This document shows positions 22,801-36,753 of a stretch of 64,000 bases of DNA, piece after piece (the stretch's first letter is position 1; every line of letters begins with the position of its first letter). The translations under genes were made by a program, and so were the position numbers. The stretch is from Eledone cirrhosa (taxonomy: Eukaryota): NCBI GenBank assembly GCA_964016885.1, contig OZ024757.1, positions 35,216,001 to 35,280,000 on the forward strand, read 5' to 3'. Below the pieces are notes generated by a model, which was not told the DNA's origin, searched no databases, and saw only the letters and a program-made list of their open reading frames with translations.

Positions 22801-23168
22801 TGTCATGTAATGTTATGGACATCTCTGCCCCTGTGGCTAATAATTATGTCATGTAATGTTATGGACATCTCTGCCCCTGTGGCTAATAATTCTGTCATGT
22901 AATGTTATGGACAACTCTGCCCCTGTGGCTAATAATTCTGTCATGTAATGTTATGGACATCTCTGCCCCTGTGGCTAATAATTCTGACATGTAATGTTAT
23001 GGAATCTCTGCCCCTGTGGCTAATAAATCTGTCATGTAATGTTACGGACATCTCTGCCCCTGTGGCTAATAAATCTGTCATGTAATGTTATGGACATCTC
23101 TGTCCCTGTGGCTAATAATTCTGACATGTAATGTTATGGACATCACTGCCCCTGTGGCTAATAATTCT
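22801..23168 (+). repeat. 46-bp minisatellite array (about 8 units)
   Basis: Tandem units. Confidence 0.95.
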
Positions 23169-25144
23169 GAGAGAGATGAAACAAGTGAGGGATTAGAGAG
23201 AGATGAAACAAGTGAGGGATTAGAGTGTTGAAACAAGAGAGAGAGAGGAAGAGTGAGTGAGAGCGAAATCAAACGAGAGAGAGCGAGATGAAATGAGAGA
23301 GTGAGAGCGAGATGAAACGAGAGAGAGAGAGAGAGCGAGATGAAATGAGAGAGAGAGAGCGAGATGAAATGAGAGAGAGAGAGCGAGATGAAACGAGACA
23401 GCGAGAGCGGGATGAAACGAGACAGAGAGAGCGAGAGCGAGATGAAACGAGACAGAGGGAGCGAGATGAAACGAGAGAGAGAGAGCGAGATGAAATGAGA
23501 GAGAGAGAGCGAGATGAAATGAGAGAGAGAGAGCGAGATGTAACGAGAGAGTGAGAGCGAGATGGAACGAGACAGAGAGAGCGAGATGAAACGAGAGTGG
23601 GAGAGCTAGATGAAACAAGAGAGAGAGGAAACGAGAGAGAGAGGAAACGAGAGAGACGAAACGAGAGAGAGGAAACGAGAGTAGAGAGCGAGATGAAACA
23701 GGAGAGAGAGAGCGAGATGAAACAGGAGAGAGAGAGCGAGATGAAACGAGAGGGAGAGAGAGATGAAACGAGAGAGCGAGAGAGAGATAGAGGGAGATGA
23801 AACGACAGAGAGAGAGACAGATGAAACGAGGGAGATAGAGATGAAACGAGAGAGAGAGATGAAACGAGAGAGAGGAAGAGAGAGATGGAACGAGAGAGAG
23901 GAAGACAGAGATGAAACGAGAGAGAGAGATGAAACGAGAGAGAGGAAGAGAGAGATGGAACGAGAGAGAGGAAGACAGAGATGAAACGAGAGAGAGAGAG
24001 ATTGAGATGAAACAAGAGAGTGAGAGCTAGATGAAACGAGAGAGAGAGGAAACGAGAGAGAGAGGAAACGAGAGAGAGAGGAAACGAGAGAGAGGAAACG
24101 AGAGAGAGGAAACGAGAGTAGAGAGCAAGAGGAAACAGGAGAGAGAGAGAGCGAGATGAAACCGGAGAGAGAGAGCGAGATGAAACGAGAGGGAGGGAGA
24201 GATGAAACGAGAGAGCGAGAGAGAGATAGAGGGAGATGAAACGAGAGAGTGATAGCTAGATGAAACGAGAGTGAGAGGAATAGAGAGATGGAACGAGAGA
24301 GCGGAAGACAGATATGAAACGAGAGAGAGAGAGAGCGAGATGAAACGAGAGAGAGGAAGAGAGAGAGCGCGAGATGAAATGAGAGAGAGAGAGAGCGAGA
24401 TGAAACGAGAGAGTGAGGCAACGAGAGAGAGAGGAAACGAGACAGAGGAAACGAGAGAGGAAACGAGAGTAGAGAGCGAGATGAAACAGGAGAGAGAGAG
24501 AGCGAGATAAAACAGGAGAGAGAGAGAGAGATGAAACAAGAGGGAGGGAGAGATGAAACGAGAGAGCGAGAGAGAGATAGAGGGAGATGAAACGACAGAG
24601 AGAGAGACAGATGAAACGAGGGAGATAGATATTAAACGAGAGAGCGAGATGAAACGAGAGAGTGAGAGCGAGATGGAACGAGACAGAGAGAGCGAGATGA
24701 AACGAGAAAGAGAGAGCGAGATGTAATGAGAGAGAGAGTGGGATGGAACGAGACAGAGAGGAAACGAGAAAGAGAGGAAACGAGAGAGAGAGGAAACGAG
24801 AGAGAGGAAACGAGAGTAGAGAGCGAGATGAAACAGGAGAGAGAGAGCGAGATGAAACAGGAGAGAGAGAGCGAGATGAAACAGGAGAGAGAGAGCGAGA
24901 TGAAACGAGAGGGAGGGAGAGATGAAACGAGAGAGGGAGAGAGAGATAGAGGGAGATGAAACGACAGAGAGAGAGACAGATGAAACGAGGGAGATAGAGA
25001 TGAAACGAGAGAGGAAGAGAGAGATGGAACGAGAGAGAGGAAGAGAGAGATGAAACGAGAGAGAGGAAGACAGAGATGAATAGAGAGAGAGAGAGAGAGA
25101 GCGAGATGAAACGAGAGAGAGGAAGAGAGAGCGCGAGATGAAAC

Positions 25145-25833
25145 TGTCATGTAATGTTATGGACATATCTGCCCTTGGGGCTAATAATTGTCATGTAATG
25201 TTATGGACGTCTCTGCCCCTGTGGCTAATAATTCTGTCATGTAATGTTATGGACATCTCTGCCCCTGTGGCTAATAATTCTGACATGTAATGTTATGGAC
25301 ATCTCCGCCCCTGTGGCTAATAATTCTGACATGTAATGTTATGGACATCTCTGCCCCTCTGGCTAATAATTCTGACATGTAATGTTATGGACATCTCTGC
25401 CCCTGTGGCTAATAAATCAGAATTATTAGCCACAGGGGCAGAGATGTCCATAACATTACATGTCAGAATTATTAGCCACAGGGGCAGAGATGTCCATAAC
25501 ATTACATGTCAGAATTATTAGCCACAGGGACAGAGAAGTCCATAACATTACATGTCAGAATTATTAGCCAGAGGGGCAGAGATGTCCATAACATTACATG
25601 TCAGAATTATTAGCCACAGGGGCAGAGATGTCCATAACATTACATGACAGATTTATTAGCCACAGGGGCAGAGATGTCCATAACACTACATGTCAGAATT
25701 ATTAGCCACAGGGGCAGAGATGTCCATAACATTACATTACATAATTATTAGCCACAGGGGCAGAGATGTCCATAACATTACATGACAATTATTAGCCGCA
25801 AGGGCAGATATGTCCATAACATTACATGACAGA
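25145..25833. repeat. Palindromic 46-bp minisatellite array, inversion centre at 25419 (about 6 + 9 units)
   Basis: Identical centre sequence. Mirror ORFs at 25317-25502 and 25336-25521. Confidence 0.95.
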
Positions 25834-26587
25834 CTTTCATCTCGCGCTCTCTCTCTCTCCCGTTTCATCTCGCGCTCTCTCTCTTCCTCTCTCTCGTTTC
25901 ACCTCGCTCTCTCTCTCTCGTTTCATCTCGCGTTAACTCACTTCCTCTCTCTCGTTTCATCTCGCTCTCTCTCTCTCGTTTCATCTCTATCTCCCTCGTT
26001 TCATCTGTCTCTCTCTCTGTCGTTTCATCTCCCTTTAACTCTCTCTCTCCCTCTCGTTTCATCTCGCTCTCTCTCTCCTGTTTCATCTCGCTCTCTCTCT
26101 CCTGTTTCATCTCGCTCTCTCTCTCCTGTTTCATCTCGCTCTCTACTCTCGTTTCCTCTCTCTCATATCCTCTCTCTCGTTTCCTCTCTCTCTCGTTTCC
26201 TCTAGCTCTCACTCTCTCGTTTCATCTCGGTCTCTCTCTCTCATTTCATCTCGCTCTCTCTCTCTCATTTCATCTCGCTCTCTCTGTCTCGTTTCATTTC
26301 GCTCTCTCTCTCTCTCATTTCATCTCGCTATCTCTATCTCGTTTCATCCCGCTCTCTCTGTCTCGTTTCATCTCGCTCTCTCTCTCTCATTTCATCTCGC
26401 TCTCTCTCTCTCATTTCATCTCGCTCTCTCTCTCTCATTTCATCTCGCTCTCTCTCTCTCTCGTTTCATCTCGCTCTCACTCTCATTTCATCTCGCTCTC
26501 TCTCTCTCGTTTGATCTCGCTCTCAGTCTATCTTCCTCTCTCTCTCTTGTTTCAACACTCTAATCCCTCACTTGTTTCATCTCTCTC

Positions 26588-26908
26588 AGATTTATTAGCC
26601 ACAGGGGCAGAGATGTCCATAACATTACATGACGAATTTATTAGCCACAGGGGCAGAGATGTCCATAACATTACATGACAGAATTATTAGCCACAGGGGC
26701 AGAGATGTCCATAACATTACATGACATAATTATTAGCCACAGGGGCAGAGATGTCCATAACATTACATGACAGAATTATTAGCCACAGGGGCAGAGATGT
26801 ACATAACATTACATGACAATTATTAGCCCCAAGGGCAGATATGTCCATAACATTACATGACAATTATTGGCCCCAAGGGCAGATATGTCCATAATATTAC
26901 ATGACAGA
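26588..26908 (-). repeat. 46-bp minisatellite array (about 7 units)
   Basis: Tandem reverse-complement units. Confidence 0.95.
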
Positions 26909-28340
26909 CTTTCATCTCGCGCTCCCTCTCTCTCGTTTCATCTCGCCCTCTCTCTCTTCCTCTCTCTCGTTTCATCTCGCTCTCTCTCTCTCTCGTTTCA
27001 TCTCGCGCTCTCTCTCTTCCTCTCTCTCGTTTCATCTCGCTCTCTCTCTCTCTCGTTTCATCTTTGTCTTCCTCTCTCTCGTTCCATTTCTCTCTTCCTC
27101 TCTCTCTCGTTCCATCTCTCTCTCGTTTCATCTAGCTCTCACTCTCTCGTTTCATCTCGCTCTCTCGTTTCATCTCTATCTCCCTCGTTTCATCTGTCTC
27201 CCTCTCTGTCGTTTCATCTCCCTCTATCTCTCTCTCGCTCTCTCGTTTCATCTCTCCCTCCCTCTCGTTTCATCTCGCTCTCTCACTCCTGTTTCATCTC
27301 GCTCTCTCTCTCCTGTTTCATCACGCTCTCTACTCTCGTTCCATCTCTCTCTCGTTTCATCTAGCTCACACTCTCTCGTTTCATCTCGCTCTCTCTGTCT
27401 CATTCCATCTCGCTCTTTCTGTCTCGTTTCATCTCGCTCTCTCTCTCTCATTTCATCTCGCTCTCTCTCTCTCATTTCATCTCGCTCACTCTCTCTCTCT
27501 CGTTTCATCTCACTCTCACTCTCTCATTTCATCTCGCTCTCTCTCTCTCTCGTTTCATCTCACGCTCTCTCTCTTCCTCTCTCTCGTTTCATCTCGCTCT
27601 CTCTCTCTCTCTCGTTTCATCACGCGCTCTCTCTCTTCCTCTCTCTCTTTTCATCTCTCTCTCTCTCTCTCTCTCCTTTCATCTCTGTCTTCCTCTCTCT
27701 CGTTCCATCTCTTTCTTCCTCTCTCTCGTTCCATCTCTCTCTTCCTCTCTCTCGTTTCATCTCTCTCTCTCGTTTCATCTGTCTCTCTCTCTGTCGTTTC
27801 ATCTCCCTCTATCTCTCTCTCGCTCTCTCGTTTCATCTCTCTCTCCCTCTCGTTTCATCTCGCTCTCTCTCTCCTGTTTCATCTCGCTCTCTCTCTCTCC
27901 TGTTTCATCTCGCTCTCTACTCTCGTTTCCTCTCTCTCGTTTCCTCTCTCTCTCGTTTCCTCTCTCTCTCATTTCATGTAGCTCTCACTCTCTCGTTTCA
28001 TCTCGCTCTCTCTCTCTCATTTCATCTCGCTCTCTCTCTCTCGTTTCATCTCGCTCTCTCTGTCTCGTTTCATCTCGCTCTCTCTGTCTCTCATTTCATC
28101 TCGCTCTCTCTGTCTCGTTTCATCTCGCTCTCTCTCTCTCATTTCATCTCACTCTCTCTCTCTCATTTCATCTCGCTCTCTCTCTCTCGTTTCATCTCGC
28201 TCCCACTCTCTCATTTCATCTCGCTCTCTCTCTCTCGTTTGATCTCGCTCTCACTCTCTCTTCCTCTTTCTCTCTTGTTTCAACACTTTAATCCCTCACT
28301 TGTTTCATCTCTCTCTAATCCCTCACTTGTTTCATCTCTC

Positions 28341-28663
28341 AGAATTATTAGCCACAGGGGCAGAGATGTCCATAACATTACATGTCAGAATTATTAGCCA
28401 CAGGGGCAGAGATGTCCATAACATTACATGACAGATTTATTAGCCACAGGGGCAGAGATGTCCATAACATTACATGACGAATTTATTAGCCACAGGGGCA
28501 GAGATGTCCATAATATTACATGACAGAATTATTAGCCACAGGGGCAGAGATGGCCATAACATTACATGACAGAATTATTAGCCACAGGGGCAGAGATGTC
28601 CATAACATTACATGACAATTATTAGCCCCTAGGGCAGATATGTCCATAACATTACTTGACAGA
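28341..28663 (-). repeat. 46-bp minisatellite array (about 7 units)
   Basis: Tandem reverse-complement units. Confidence 0.95.
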
Positions 28664-29474
28664 CTTTCATCTGGCGCTCTCTCGTTTCATCTCTTCCTCT
28701 CTCTCGTTTCATCTCACTCTCTCTCTCTCTCGTTTCATCTCGCACTCTCTCTCTTCCTCTCTCTCGTTTTATCTTGCTCTCTCTCTCTCTCTCTCGTTTC
28801 ATCTCTGTCTTCCTCTCTCTCGTTCCATCTCTCTCTTCCTCTCTCTCGTTTCATCTCTCTCTCTCGTTTCATCTCTATCTCCCTCGTTTCATCTGTCTCT
28901 CTCTCTGTCGTTTCATCTCCCTCTATCTCTCTCTCGCTCTCTCGTTTCATCTCTCTCTCCCTCTCGTTTCATCTCGCTCTCTCTCTCCTGTTTCATCTCG
29001 CTCTCTCTCTCTCCTGTTTCATCTCGCTCTCTACTCTCGTTTCCTCTCTCTCGTATCCTCTCTCTCGTTTCCTCTCTCTCTCGTTTCCTCTAGCTCTCAC
29101 TCTCTCGTTTCATCTCGCTCTCTCTCTCTCATTTCATCTCGCTCTCTCTCTCTCGTTTCATCTCGCTCTCTCTGTCTCGTTTCATTTCGCTCTCTCTCTC
29201 TCATTTCATCTCGCTCTCTCTGTCTCGTTTCATCCCGCTCTCTCTGTCTCGTTTCATCTCGCTCTCTCTCTCTCATTTCATCTCGCTCTCTCTCTCTCAT
29301 TTCATCTCGCTCTCTCTCTCTCGTTTCATCTCGCTCTCACTCTCTCATTTCATCTCGCTCTCTCTCTCGTTTGATCTCGCTCTCACTCTCTCTTCCTCTC
29401 TCTCTCTTGTTTCAACACTCTAATCCCTCACTTGTTTCATCTCTCTCTTATCCCTCACTTGTTTCATCTCTCTC

Positions 29475-29751
29475 AGAATTATTAGCCACAGGGGCAGAGA
29501 TGTCCATAACATTACATGTCAGAATTATTAGCCACAGGGGCAGAGATGTCCATAACATTACATGACAGATTTATTAGCCACAGAGGCAGAGATGTCCATA
29601 ACATTACATGACGAATTTATTAGCCACAGGGGCAGAGATGTCCATAACATTACATGACAGAATTATTAGCCACAGGGGCAGAGATGTCCATAACATTACA
29701 TGACAATTATTAGCCCCAAGGGCAGATATGTCCATAACATTACATGACAGA
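29475..29751 (-). repeat. 46-bp minisatellite array (about 6 units)
   Basis: Tandem reverse-complement units. Confidence 0.95.
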
Positions 29752-30407
29752 CTTACATCTCACGCTCTCTCTCTCTCGTTTCATCTCGCGTTCTCTCTCT
29801 TCCTCTCTCTCGTTTCATCTCGCTCTCTCTCTCTCGTTTCATCTCACGCTCTCTCTCTTCTTCTCTCTCGTTTCATCTCGCTCTCTCTCTCTCTCGTTTC
29901 AACTTTGTCTTCCTCTCTCTCGTTTCATCTCTCTCTTCCTCTCTCTCTCGTTCCATCTCTCTCTCGTTTCATCTAGCTCTCACTCTCTCGTTTCATCTCG
30001 CTCTCTCTGTCTCGTTCCATCTCGCTCTCTCTCTCTCGTTTCATCTCTATCTCCCTCGTTTCATCTGTCTCTCTCTCTGTCGCTTCATCTCCCTCTATCT
30101 CTCTCTCGCTCTCTCGTTTCATCTCTACCTCCCTCTCGTTTCATCTCGCTCTCTCACTCCTGTTTCATCTCGCTCTCTCTCTCCTGTTTAATCTCGCTCT
30201 CTACTCTCGTTCCAACTCTCTCTCGTTTCATCTAGCTCTCCCTCTCTCGTTTCATCTCGCTCTCTCTGTCTCTCATTTCATCTCGATCTCTCTGTCTCGT
30301 TTCATCCCGCTCTCTCTCTCTCGTTTCATCTCACTCTCACTCTCTCATTTCATCTCGCTCTCTCTCTCTCGTTTCATCTCGCGCTCTCTCTCTTCCTCTC
30401 TCTCATT

Positions 30408-30441
<34 letters not shown>

Positions 30442-30948
30442 TCATCTCTGTCTTCCTCTCTCTCGTTCCATCTCTCTCTTCCTGTCTCTCGTTCCATCTC
30501 TCTCTTCCTCTCTCTCGTTTCATCTCTATCTCCCTCGTTTCATCTGTCTCTCTCTCTGTCGTTTCATCTCCCTCTATCTCTCTCTCGCTCTCTCGTTTCA
30601 TCTCTCTCTCCCTCTCGTTTCATCTCGCTCTCTCTCTCCTGTTTCATCTCGCTCTCTACTCTCGTTTCCTCTCTCTCGTTTCCTCTCTCTCCTTTCCTCT
30701 CTCTCTCGTTTCCTCTCTCTCTCGTTTCATCTAGCTCTCACTCTCTCGTTTCATCTCGCTCTCTCTCTCTCATTTCATCTCGCTCTCTCTCTCTCATTTC
30801 ATCTCGCTCTCTCTCTCTCTCGTTTCATCTCGCTCTCACTCTCTCATTTCATCTCGCTCTCTCTCTCTCGTTTGATCTCGCTCTCACTCTCTCTTCCTCT
30901 CTCTCTCTTGTTTCAACACTCTAATCCCTCACTTGTTTCATCTCTCTC

Positions 30949-31269
30949 AGATTTATTAGCCACAGGGGCAGAGATGTCCATAACATTACATGACGAATTT
31001 ATTAGCCATAGGGGCAGAGATGTCCATAACATTACATGACAGAATTATTAGCCACAGGGGCAGAGATGTCCATAACATTACATGACATAATTATTAGCCA
31101 CAGGGGCAGAGATCTCCATAACATTACATGACAGAATTATTAGCCACAGTGGCAGAGATGTACATAACATTACATGACAATTATTAGCCCCAAGGGCAGA
31201 TATGTCCATAACATTACATGACAATTATTAGCCCCAAGGGCAGATATGTCCATAACATTACATGACAGA
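30949..31269 (-). repeat. 46-bp minisatellite array (about 7 units)
   Basis: Tandem reverse-complement units. Confidence 0.95.
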
Positions 31270-32763
31270 CTTTCATCTCACGCTCTCTCTCTCTCGTTTC
31301 ATCTCGCCCTCTCTCTCTTCCTCTCTCTCGTTTCATCTCGCTCTCTCTCTCTCTCGTTTCATCTCGCGCTCTCTCTTTTCCTCTCTCTCGTTTCATCTCG
31401 CTCTCTCTCTCTCTCTCGTTTCATCTTTGTCTTCCTCTCTCTCGTTCCATTTCTCTCTTCCTCTCTCTCTCGTTCCATCTCTCTCTCGTTTCATCTCTAT
31501 CTCCCTCGTTACATCTGTCTCTCTCTCTGTCGTTTCATCTCCCTCTATCTCTCTCTCGCTCTCTCGTTTCATCTCTCCCTCCCTCTCGTTTCATCTCGCT
31601 CTCTCACTCCTGTTTCATCTCGCTCTCTCTCTCCTGTTTCATCTCGCTCTCTACTCTCGTTCCATCTCTCTCTCGTTTCATCTAGCTCACACTCTCTCGT
31701 TTCATCTCGCTCTCTCTGTCTCGTTCCATCTCGCTCTCACTCTCTCGTTTCATCTCGCTCTCTCTGTCTCTCATTTCATCTATCTCTCTGTCTCGTTTCA
31801 TCCCGCTCTTTCTGTCTCTTTTCATCTCGCTCTCTCTCTCTCATTTCATCTCGCTCTCTCTCTCTCGTTTCATCTCTCTCTCACTCTCTCATTTCATCTT
31901 GCGCTCTCTCTCTCTCGTTTCATCTCGCGCTCTCTCTCTCTTCCTCTCTCTCGTTTCATCTCGCTCTCTCTCTCTCTCTCGTTTCATCACGCGCTCTCTC
32001 TCTTCCTCTCTCTCGTTTCATCTCGATCTCTCTCTCTGTCGTTTCATCTCTGTCTTCCTCTCTCTCGTTCCATCTCTCTCTTCCTCTCTCTCGTTCCATC
32101 TCTCTCTTCCTCTCCCTCGTTTCATCTCTCTCTCTCGTTTCATCTCTATCTCCCTCGTTTCATCTGTCTCTCTCTCTGTCGTTTCATCTCCCTCTATCTC
32201 TTTCTCGCTCTCTCGTTTCATCTCTCTCTCCCTCTCGTTTCATCTCGCACTCTCTCTCCTGTTTCATCTCGCTCTCTCTCTCTCCTGTTTCATCTCGCTC
32301 TCTACTCTCGTTTCCTCTCTCTCGTTTCCTCTCTCTCGTTTCCTCTCTCTCTCGTTTCCTCTCTCTCTCGTTTCATGTAGCTCTCACTCTCTCGTTTCAT
32401 CTCGCTCTCTCTCTCTCATTTCATCTCGCTCTCTCTCTCTCATTTCATCTCGCTGTCTCTGTCTCGTTTCATCTCGCTCTCTCTGTCTCTCATTTCATCT
32501 CGCTCTCTCTGTCTCGTTTCATCCCGCTCTCTCTGTCTCGTTTCCTCTCGCTCTCTCTCTCTCATTTCATCTCACTCTCTCTCTCTCATTTCATCTCGCT
32601 CTCTCTCTCTCGTTTCATCTCGCTCTCACTCTCTCATTTCATCTCGCTCTCTCTCTCTCGTTTCATCTCGCTCTCACTCTCTTCCTCTCTCTCTCTTGTT
32701 TCAACACTTTAATCCCTCACTTGTTTCATCTCTCTCTAATCCCTCACTTGTTTCATCTCTCTC

Positions 32764-33088
32764 AGAATTATTAGCCACAGGGGCAGAGATGTCCATAACG
32801 TTACATGTCAGAATTATTAGCCACAGGGGCAGAGATGTCCATAACATTACATGTCAGAATTATTAGCCACAGGGGCAGAGATGTCCATAACATTACATGA
32901 CAGATTTATTAGCCACAGGGGCAGAGATGTCCATAACATTACATGACGAATTTATTAGCCACAGGGGCAGAGATGTCCATAACATTACATGACAGAATTA
33001 TTAGCCACAGGGGCAGAGATGGCCATAACATTACATGACAGAATTATTAGCCACAGGGGCAGATATGTCCATAACATTACATGACAGA
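32764..33088 (-). repeat. 46-bp minisatellite array (about 7 units)
   Basis: Tandem reverse-complement units. Confidence 0.95.
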
Positions 33089-33754
33089 CTTTCATCTCGC
33101 GCTCTCTCGTTTCATCTCGCTCTCTCTCTCTTCCTCTCTCTCGTTTCATCTCGCTCTCTCTCTTTCTCGTTTCATCTCGCACTCTCTCTCTTCCTCTCTC
33201 TCGTTTTATCTTGCTCTCTCTCTCTCTCGTTTCATCTCTGTCTTCCTCTCTCTCGTTCCATCTCTCTCTTCCTCTCTCTCGTTTCATCTCTCTCTCTCGT
33301 TTCAACTCTATCTCCCTCGTTTCATCTGTCTCTCTCTCTGTCGTTTCATCTCCCTCTATCTCTCTCTCGCTCTCTCGTTTCATCTCTCTCTCCCTCTCGT
33401 TTCATCTCGCTCTCTCTCTCCTGTTTCATCTCGCTCTCTACTCTCGTTTCCTCTCTCTCGTATCCTCTCTCTCGTTTCCTCTCTCTCTCGTTTCCTCTCT
33501 CTCTCGTTTCCTCTAGCTCTCTCTGTCTCGTTTCATCCCGCTCTCTCTGTCTCGTTTCATCTCGCTCTCTCTCTCTCATTTCATCTCGCTCTCTCTCTCT
33601 CATTTCATCTCGCTCTCTCTCTCTCGTTTCATCTCGCTCTCACTCTCTCATTTCATCTCGCTCTCTCTCTCTCTCGTTTGATCTCGCTCTCACTCTCTTT
33701 TCCTCTCTCTCTCTTGTTTCAACACTCTAATCCCTCACTTGTTTCATCTCTCTC

Positions 33755-34123
33755 AGAATTATTAGCCACAGGGGCAGAGATGTCCATAACATTACATGTC
33801 AGAATTATTAGCCACAGGGGCAGAGATGTCCATAACATTACATGACAGTTTTATTAGCCACAGGGGCAGAGATGTCCATAACATTACATGACGAATTTAT
33901 TAGCCACAGGGGCAGAGATGTCCATAACATTACATGACAGAATTATTAGCCACAGGGGCAGAGATGTCCATAACATTACATGACATAATTATTAGCCACA
34001 GGGGCAGAGATGTCCATAACATTACATGACAGAATTATTAGCCACAGGGGCAGATATGTCCATAACATTACATGACAATTATTAGCCCCAAGGGCAGATA
34101 TGTCCATAACATTACATGACAGA
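33755..34123 (-). repeat. 46-bp minisatellite array (about 8 units)
   Basis: Tandem reverse-complement units. Confidence 0.95.
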
Positions 34124-35257
34124 CTTACATCTCACGCTCTCTCTCTCTCGTTTCATCTCGCGCTCTCTCTCTTCCTCTCTCTCGTTTCATCTCGCTCTCT
34201 CTCTCTCTCGTGTTTCATCTCGCGCTCTCTCTCTTCTTCTCTCTCGTTTCATCTCGCTCTCTCTCTCTCTCGTTTCAACTTTGTCTTCCTCTCTCTCGTT
34301 CCATCTCTCTCTTCCTCTCTCTCTCGTTCCATCTCTCTCTCGTTTCATCTAGCTCTCACTCTCTCGTTTCATCTCGCTCTCTCTGTCTCGTTCCATCTCG
34401 CTCTCTTTCTCTCGTTTCATCTCTATCTCCCTCGTTTCATCTGTCTCTCTCTCTGTCATTTCATCTCCCTCTATCTCTCTCTCGCTCTCCCGTTTCATCT
34501 CTACCTCCCTCTCGTTTCATCTCGCTCTCTCACTCCTGTTTCATCTCGCTCTCTCTCTCCTGTTTAATCTCGCTCTCTACTCTCGTTCCATCTCTCTCTC
34601 GTTTCATCTAGCTCTCACTCTCTCGTTTCATCTCGCTCTCTCTGTCTCTCATTTCATCTCGATCTCTCTGTCTCGTTTCATCCCGCTCTCTCTCTCTCGT
34701 TTCATCTCACTCTCACTCTCTCATTTCATCTAGCTCTCTCTCTCTCGTTTCATCTCGCGCTCTCTCTCTTCCTCTCTCTCGTTTCATCTCGCTCTCTCTC
34801 TCTCTCTCTCTTCATCACGCGTTCTCTCTCTTCCTCTCTCTCGTTTCATCTCTCTCTCTCGTTTCATCTCTATCTCCCTCGTTTCATCTGTCTCTCTCTC
34901 TGTCGTTTCATCTCCCTCTATCTCTCTCTCGCTCTCTCGTTTCATCTCTCTCTCCCTCTCGTTTCAACTCGCTCTCTCTCTCCTGTTTCATCTCGCTCTC
35001 TCTCTCTCCTGTTTCATCTCGCTCTCTACTCTCGTTTCCTCTCTCTCGTTTCCTCTCTCTCGTTTCCTCTCTCTCTCGTTTCCACTCTCTCTCGTTTCAT
35101 TTAGCTCTCACTCTCTCGTTTCATCTCGCTCTCTCTCTCTCATTTCATCTCGCTCTCTCTCTCTCGTTTCCATAGAAAAGGTAAAGAAAAGAAGAATGCT
35201 CTATGTATTGTACAGAGCTATTTAATTACATAATAAACAACAGAATATAATTATTCC

Positions 35258-36025
35258 ATGCAAATAGACTTAGAATGGAAAACATTCAGACAGAGAAGAA
35301 TGGATAATGAGCGTCGTAAGAGAAATTGGCCAACAATTAATATTAATGGAAATGTAGAAGAATTTCATATTAGTGATATGAATGTTTCGTGTGATCACTG
35401 TGGAGCTTTGAAATTTAGAAATGAAAATTGTAACTGTTGTAATAAAGGAAAGGTTGTGTTGCCACCATTGCAAATATACCCTGAGAGACTGAGAAATCTC
35501 TTTGAAAGAGGCCAGGAAGCAGTTGATTTCACAGAAACATCTGCAATTAAAACTACATTTATTTCACTTCATTTGGTGTTACCACCCGGCAGAGGCCCGT
35601 ATAGCTTTCATATTCAGAGTCAAACATATCACTACACCCCCATCTCTGTAACCTGCAGAAAATACACCACAATATGGCCAGTTATATATTATTGATGGGA
35701 ACGAAGGTATGTAGCACAGATTGGAAGTACAACCAAATAATTGTTTCTGGCACAAGGCCAGCAATTACTGGTACTTTATTCTATCGACCTCATAAGGATG
35801 AAAACAAAGTCAACCTTGGAGGGATTTGAACCCAGAACGTAAATGGCCATAACCCTATGCTGTAAAGCATGGTGTCTGGCGCTCTACCGATACTGCCAAT
35901 CCACTGCCCTAGTACCAACAAATAATGACTGCTCACCACAAAAAATGGCTATGATAAGAGAAGTGTTGCATGAATGTAATCCATATGTCGAAGTGTACAA
36001 TACAATGCATGGCATCACAAATGAA
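35258..36025 (+). pseudogene. Decayed Helitron RepHel N-terminal fragment, copy 2
   Basis: Near-identical to 12663-13430 with the same lesions. Confidence 0.85.
35742..35910 (-). mobile_element. tRNA-derived SINE, copy in island 2
   Basis: Same sequence and target-site duplication as 13147-13315. Confidence 0.85.
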
Positions 36026-36049
36026 TATATATATATATATATATATATA
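36026..36049. repeat. (TA)12 microsatellite
   Basis: Read directly from the sequence. Confidence 0.95.
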
Positions 36050-36585
36050 CTACTAAAGTGTATGTAAAATTTTAAAATAAATACTTAAATTCAATTTGTA
36101 TAATTACACATACAATATGTTTTGTTGTAAAACCCTAAATAATGATTTAAGAAATGATGTCAATCTCTTTGTACAGAGAAAAACAATTTATATATATGCA
36201 TTGTGTGCGCGTGTATACTCCATTTAAGACAGTGAAAAACCTAGTACCTCCTTCAAAGAATGCCAAATAGTTTATGCCTAAGGTGTAACACTAATTAAGT
36301 TACCGGTGTAGATATTTCAGTTGAACCCTGCTTCAAACATGCATATTATTATTATATATTTTCAAACACACTTACATACATTATATTTATACACATAGAA
36401 ATAATAAGTTAAAACTAAAGTATAATGATATAACAACAGTATATACTAGTTTTCTTCACTTTATTGAGATGCAATCGTTTTAAAGAAAAAACATGACAGT
36501 ATAAGAAATATTTAATATGAGAACATAATATTTCAGGTAGGATGGTGGTTTCTCTATGATGGTGGTTTCTCTTTGAACTAATAAT

Positions 36586-36753
36586 TGTTTCTATTTTAGG
36601 CACAAGGTCAGTAATTAACCAGTACATTACTGGTACTTTATTTTATCGACCCCGTAAGGATGAAAGGCAAAGTTGACCTCGGATCGTAAAGGGACGTAAC
36701 TATGCTGGAAAGCATGGCGTCAGACCCTCTACCGATACTGCCAATTCACCATA
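36586..36753 (-). mobile_element. Second SINE, copy in island 2
   Basis: Same as 13993-14160. Confidence 0.8.

Larger units (their letters stand above)
14632..25418 (+). repeat. Composite satellite arm, GA on top strand, copy 2
   Basis: Six modules, each cap + GA tract + 46-bp array. Confidence 0.95.
12576..35170 (+). repeat. Macrosatellite unit, complete copy (22,595 bp): unique island + GA arm + palindrome centre + CT arm
   Basis: The junction CTCGTTTC|CATAGAAAAGG recurs at 12575/12576, 35170/35171 and 62523/62524. The 145-aa ORF recurs at 12663, 35258 and 62611. Confidence 0.93.
25420..35170 (-). repeat. Composite satellite arm, inverted, copy 2
   Basis: Seven CT tracts separated by 46-bp arrays. 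Confidence 0.95.
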
